Source: Proteromonas lacertae | Lineage: Eukaryota | NCBI GenBank assembly: GCA_002245135.1 | Contig: NGBS01000872.1 | Span: 248,001-312,000 of the forward strand | Direction: 5' to 3' | DNA: 64,000 nucleotides | Shown: one piece after another, positions 57,701-64,000 of the stretch | Numbering within the stretch: the stretch's first letter is position 1 | How the letters are laid out: each line of letters begins with the position of its first letter | Notes under the pieces: generated by a model | Database searches by the model: none | Told to the model about the DNA's origin: nothing | What the model saw: only the letters and a program-made list of their open reading frames with translations | Made by a program: the position numbers and the translations under genes

Positions 57701-60700
57701 TAAAGTAATTGAATCAAACTCCCATTATTATTATGGTATATGTAGTAGTAGCAAATCATATACTATGACTGTTGAATTACAATCTGGTTCATTGAATTAT
57801 AAAGTAACAACTTTTGATAGTATTGTATTATATGATGAAGTAATTACATGTAAAAATAATAAATTCCCATGTAAACTATCATTTGATTATGATTATAACA
57901 GATATATACCGAAAATCAATCATGTTGAATATATAGAATATATACCTTATCAATTATATACAATTCATCCAAATTCTACTGAATTAGTAGCTTATACTAT
58001 AATCTCATCTTATCCTGATGGAATTAATCTAAATCCAAATGGAATATTAACATTCCAATTATCTAAATGTATTGATTATAATCTAAAGATATTGGCTAAG
58101 AATAATATGGGAAGTGTAACTTATACTATTCGATTAAGATGTACAACCTGTAAAAGTGGTGGATATAAGTTAATTTATGCAAGAACAGCAGATTTTAGTT
58201 CATCTCGTGAAGTGACTGATATATATGATAATAGAACGAGTGAATTAATATATCATGATTTATTGAGTAATAATAAAATAGAAATTGTAACTGAAAATGT
58301 TACTCTATGTGTTAATAATGATTTGATTATTCATTTAAGTGATGAAGATTCAACGGAATGGTATGGAAATTCAAACATGAAGATAATTACTCCAATGGAA
58401 ATGGTTTTATCGCAAGGTTTTTATAACAGTAAATTATCAGTAAGTAATTCAATTAATATATATAAACCGTTAATAACATATGATACTAAATGGAAAGTAT
58501 CCTTTGATCAATCATTAGCATTTAGTAATAACCAACCAGAATGGTCTAGAATGAATTATAATGATAATAATAATTGGAAAGATTGCGTATATCCAGAATG
58601 TGAAGTAGAAAATGGTAATACAGTTACACCATTCAAAATGATAATGAGAAAGAAAGTGTTTATTGATAGAAATGTAGGTGGATTGTATGTAGATTATGTA
58701 TTTAATGATTCATTTGTATTATATTTGAATGGTCAATTAATCACTATAAACAATGCTAAAATCGTTAATAACCAGTTATCTGAAAGTATAATAAACCATG
58801 AAACTTATCATAATGTTACTACTTTAACAGATGAACAATTTGTATCTGGTGAAGAGAATATATTCACTATTTATTATTATAAAACATTATTATATGATCC
58901 TTTAATTCAGATAGCTGTCTATCCAATATTATATGATACATTTATTAATCCTATTTATTATCCTTCTTCCAAGAATCTTTTAGATTTACTACCAGATACT
59001 TCAGAGTCAATAAGATGTGAAAATGGTTTAAAAATAACATTTGGATTTCAACAGCCTGTTGTTTTTAATGAATATGAAGTAATATCATCCACTTTAACTA
59101 AAGATATACAGTGGAGTTTATATGGTTCTTTATCTTCGAGTAATAATATAAAACTATCTTCAGGATATGGAAGATTTGATGATGAATATATTATCCCAAA
59201 TCCAATAGCAACTTCTAGTTATTATCTACAAATAGATAATTGTAATTCAATAAGGAACTTTATTATTAGAGATATTAAATTATCTATTAGTAATTCTTTA
59301 TATTGTAATGAGAATGAAGATGGTTATTTTGCTACTTCTATTAATCATTATTCTGTAGTTTCTTGTCCTTTACCTATGATTGGAGTAGTAAAAAAGTTGT
59401 GTTATTTAGATAGTAATAATGCACCAAAATGGAGTAATGAAGAAGATACTTCTTTATGTGATTATCCTGCACCAGAAATACTACAATTTGAAAATAGTAA
59501 AACATCTATTGAAGGTTATATTAACACTGCATTAGAAGAAACAAAGATATTGAACTATAATTATAATACATACAGTGGTGTATTTTATGTACCTGATTTA
59601 CCTGATGGTATATTATTTGATGAAGTGAAAGGCATTTTCTATGGAAAACCAACTCTTACCTGTTGATAATGTATTATACTCTATATTAGTATATAATAAG
59701 AATGGAAGACAATATTTAACATTTCATATCAATATAATAGGTGTTGTAGAAGAATTTACATATAATTCAACAAATGCAATGGTTGATACAAATATAAAAG
59801 TAGAACCAAATCAAGATATTTCAGCAACAGCTATTTATGTATATCCACCATTACCAACAGGATTAAGTATCAATATAGAAGGTGAAATAACTGGTAGATT
59901 ATCAACAGCCAATGATATTACTCAATTCTATGTAACTTATGAAAATCCATCAGGTGAAATGAGTACAGATGTTGAAATAATAGTTTCAGGTAAACCAACA
60001 GAATATGAATATATTGGTTCACCTTATACAATATCACAATCAATCAAATTTTCATCAGGTAAACCAAAGATAATTGGTGTAATTGATTTCTATTCATGTG
60101 ATAGTTTACCTTCTGGTTTAGAAATTAATTTAATTACTGGTGTTATTAGTGGATCACCTCAAGTTATATCAACTACAAAACATGTATGCACAGCAACTAA
60201 TGAGAAAGGATCAATCTCAACAACCGTATGGTTTACAGTATTAGAACGTAAATGTGAAGATACAGATGATTGGTCAAGTGGTTATCATGGTGAATGGGTT
60301 AGTAATAGTTTATTATGTAAGCCAGGTACTAATGGATATTATTTAAGATATTGTAGTGATGATTTATCACCTGTATGGGCTGATACTTATGACAATTGTC
60401 AACCATTAAGACCAACATCTTTAAGATATCCTGCTATTATTATTTATACTTATAAACAACAGGGAGAATCATATTTGCCAATATTTACAGGTGTAATTAA
60501 TCAATTTGCCATTAATCCTCCATTACCTGATGGTTTGGTGTTTAATACAACAACTGGTGAAATATCTGGAAAACCAAATGTAGTAATTGAGAATCTATAT
60601 ACAATAACAGGATCTAATGAAAATGGTGAAATATCAACAAAAGTGACATTAATTGTAAAAGGTAGATATTGTGAAGAAGATGATGATTGGCCAAAAACAC

Positions 60701-62988
60701 TAATAGACACATCAGTTATATTACCATGTGGTGATAAAATGATTGGATTAAGAAGAAGAATCTGTTTAGGTAATAATGATGAAGAATGGTGGGAAAATAG
60801 TACAGATCATTGTTTAGTTGATTATATGAATCAATATGATGCTTCTACAGAATATTATCAAACTACAATAACATTTAATAATATGACATTCACTAATAGT
60901 AGTGAAATTGATTATTTGTTTATTGAATTATTAGAGAATAAGACTGGTATTAGACCAATTGCATTTGTGTCTAAGAGTTATGATGAAACTGATAGATATA
61001 ATCGTTTATATTCATTGACTTACGTTATTAAATATGAATTACATCATGGAAGTAGTAAAATATCATTAGAATATACAGAATCACTTCAATCAGCATTAGA
61101 ATCTGAATATTTCAGTGAAGAATTAGAAAATGAGATATTTGAATTGCATTATAATTACACATCGTCAACATTGCATTATGAACATTTCTATGTTACTCCT
61201 TGGAATCATAAACCTGGTTATATTATATTAATCCTAATAGGATGCATATTTGCATTATTAATAGCGTTATTACCAGGATATTTCTATTATCGTAAGAAGA
61301 AATTACAAAATGCAATAATCAATGCACCATTGAAGAGTAAAAGTTCAAGAGTACTATTAAAAGGTAAAAGTATTGTCAAATCCAAGTCAATATTACATCA
61401 AGATTCTGTTCATGTATTAGGTACTCATTCAATTGCAAAATCAAAGAGTGTTTTATCTCCCAAATCATTCAGAAAACCAGTTCCAAGTAGTAGTCAAAAT
61501 ATTCCATCGTTTATTACACCAAAGTTTGATTCTGAATCATTTAGAAACCCAAGTTCCAGGAAATTAATGTCTGTGAAAGGTAATACATCAACAAGAGGAT
61601 TACATAATAATCCATTAACTCCATTAAGTCCAACACAAGCTAATTTCTTTGGTAATTCTAATCGTGGAGGAAGTCATGCTGGTATATTAAGTGGTAGTAG
61701 TAATAAGAGTGGTTTTGAACTGAATGGTTCTTCAATTTCTAAGTCTAATTCATTAATGACACCTTCTCCATATAAAAAACATATTGTTATGCCTGGTATT
61801 GGTAGTGGTAGTGGTGGTGGTATAGGACCATTTAATCCATTAGCTAAAAAGACTAATTTCTCATGTAAATCTCCTCTAACTAATACGTTGAATAGAAGAT
61901 CTCCACAAAAAGCTGCTAAAGGTAGTGATTTTTCATTATCTGATAATGATAGTATGAAATCACCATTAAGTAATTTAGCATCTCCTACTTCAGTAGGAAT
62001 GAATCATAAAACATCATTACCGCCATTATTATCTCCATTACCAAAATCACCATCAATTGATACTTCACAGAATCCATTAGCAAGAAAATTAACAGTGACA
62101 AAACAATTAACAATCCCAACTTACAATAAAAAGACAATGGAATCAGTAGATACACCTCCAAGTAATCCATTATCACCAATGAACAGTACAATAAACAGTA
62201 GAATGAATCCACCCAAATGTTCAGTGTTATTCCCTACAAATAGTAACAGCAATACAAATAATACAAACATATTAGAATCTTCAGCGACTTATTCCAAATC
62301 AGCAGGAGGAGGTTTCTTACACAATAAAATGGGTAATACAAAATCAGTGGATAGTGGTAATATGTCATCTCTTCATGATACAATTATAGTTCCAACATTA
62401 ACACCAATTCCAGATTATAAGGATGATGAAGCAATTGATAATGAAGAAAGAGAAGAAGAAGGATATAAACCAATGGGTATATTAGAGTTTATGCAAGAAG
62501 ATCAATCATTAAGAACAAAACCAAAGAGAGATGATAGAGTAAGCACTTTTGGAATGCCCAGTATATTAGAGAGTAGAGGAGCTTCACCAAAACAAGAAGA
62601 AAATGAAAATAAACTTGAAGATGTAAATGAAGAAAATGATGATGGAGAAGAAGAAGAAGTAAAATTAGAGAATGAAACAAAGAAAGGAACTGTTGTGGAA
62701 GATTTGAAAGAAGATAATGATAAAGAGAAAGAGAAAGATGGAACAACTGTGGAATTAGTACCAAGTGATGAAGATGAAAGAAAATCAATAAGAAGAATGA
62801 GTACTAATGACATTAATCATAAATCATCAAGTTCAGCAAGTGCAACTTCAAAAGTAACAGGAAGTGATAGTACTAAAGTTACAACAGAAACAGATACATC
62901 CAATTCTCAACATTCATTCAATAGATCAATGCCTGATAGTACTTTACAAGATAATAATACAACTCCAGAAGGTTCAAATAATGAATAA
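51778..62988 (+). CDS. Giant type I membrane protein: signal peptide, He_PIG-type Ig repeats, PA14-like and galactose-binding-like domains, Cys-rich HormR-like modules, TM helix, Ser/Pro-rich tail; +1 discontinuity at about 59655
   Basis: Many LPxGLxxDxxTGxISGxP repeats; CxxxxxWxxT...C...RxC...W motifs; TM YIILILIGCIFALLIALLPGYFYY followed by RKKK; intron at about 52112-52143. Confidence 0.85.
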
Positions 62989-63118
62989 TTTTAAATTTCA
63001 AAATTTAATTTGTGCATATAAACATATGTAATTTTCAATTCTTTTTTTCTGTTTTGTTTGTTTGGATAAAAAAAGAAAAGAAAATAATAAAAAACGGACA
63101 TATTTTTTGAACAATATA

Positions 63119-64000
63119 ATGTCTGGTCAATCAGGCGATGCACTTGATATAAACTGGGATGAGGATGTGGACTTACTTAGAGGTATGAACAATTTGATAA
63201 TAATCATAGCTGCTTCTGAAGATGAGGATGAAATAGATGAAAATGAGGAAAATGTTGAAGAAGAAGATGTTAAACTATCAAATGAAGTAGGAGTAAAACG
63301 AAAAAGAGATGAAAAAGAAACAAAAGGTATTATTTATAGATTAATATAATAGAAAAGAAGAAGAAACATAAAAAAGCCCCACAACAACGTTTATCAGAAA
63401 CACTATTGCTATCAAAATCAAATAAAGAAATAGTATCACATTATTTATTAATAATTAGAGAAATATATTTAATGAAGCATGTAAATCTAGTTTGGGTGAA
63501 ACAATCCCAGGATTCAATTTTGAACAATTAAAACAATGTATTTAATTTATTTTATATGCTTTAGACAATCCTTTCAAAAATCTCAAATATAATGGAATAG
63601 AAAACATAGTTAAATGTATTCAAGAGAATATTCCAGACTGTAGAACACTATTTACATTCAATAAAACTAAAAAAGATGATGTTGCTGAGTATTATAAATA
63701 TCCTTATCTATACATAGTCCTTATGTTTTAATCCTATCATCTTCAGCTATACAATGCTTGTCTGTAATAAAGAAATTAAAAACTTTCAATTGCAAAATAC
63801 CCAAATTATTTGCAAAGCATTTTTCATTAGAAAAGCAGAAAGAGATGTTGAAATATTTTGTTCCAATTTGTTGTGGTACTCCAAATAGAATAATGAAATT
63901 AATAGAAGAAGGGTGTTTACATTTAGACAATTTGAAATTAATTGTGTTTGATTTGACAAAGGATGAAAAGACATTCACATTACTAGATATAAAGACAATG
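63119..64000 (+). CDS. CMSS1: Cms1/CMSS1-like 90S pre-ribosome factor, runs off the window
   Basis: Spliced LILSSSAIQC...KLFAKH...GTPNRIMKL...LKLIVFD. Confidence 0.8.

Overview
Very AT-rich, gene-dense eukaryotic nuclear DNA with about 29 protein-coding genes. The genes are split by tiny spliceosomal introns (mostly about 23-40 nt, GTAT...TAG), and several intergenic gaps are only 25-100 nt. This architecture, plus bacterial-type Ig-repeat surface proteins and kinase-LRR proteins, suggests an anaerobic gut stramenopile such as Blastocystis or a relative (inference). I spliced the genes by hand. They include ADAL, kinesin, TRM6, an AGC kinase, RMI2, SECISBP2, M1 aminopeptidase, CDC6/ORC1, glutamine synthetase III, a giant HECT E3, a fatty-acid elongase, Hsp70, a Deltex-type E3, a thioesterase, a PWWP-dCMP deaminase fusion and a giant He_PIG/PA14 receptor-like protein. 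The main signal is that five otherwise intact genes switch into the +1 frame with no suitable intron, at an in-frame AGG-A (3 genes) or CTT-A (2 genes) codon just before a 0-frame stop. This is a candidate genome-wide +1 programmed ribosomal frameshifting system. The assembly also shows probable homopolymer indel errors, so raw reads must be checked first. No rRNA, tRNA, CRISPR array or intact transposon was seen.
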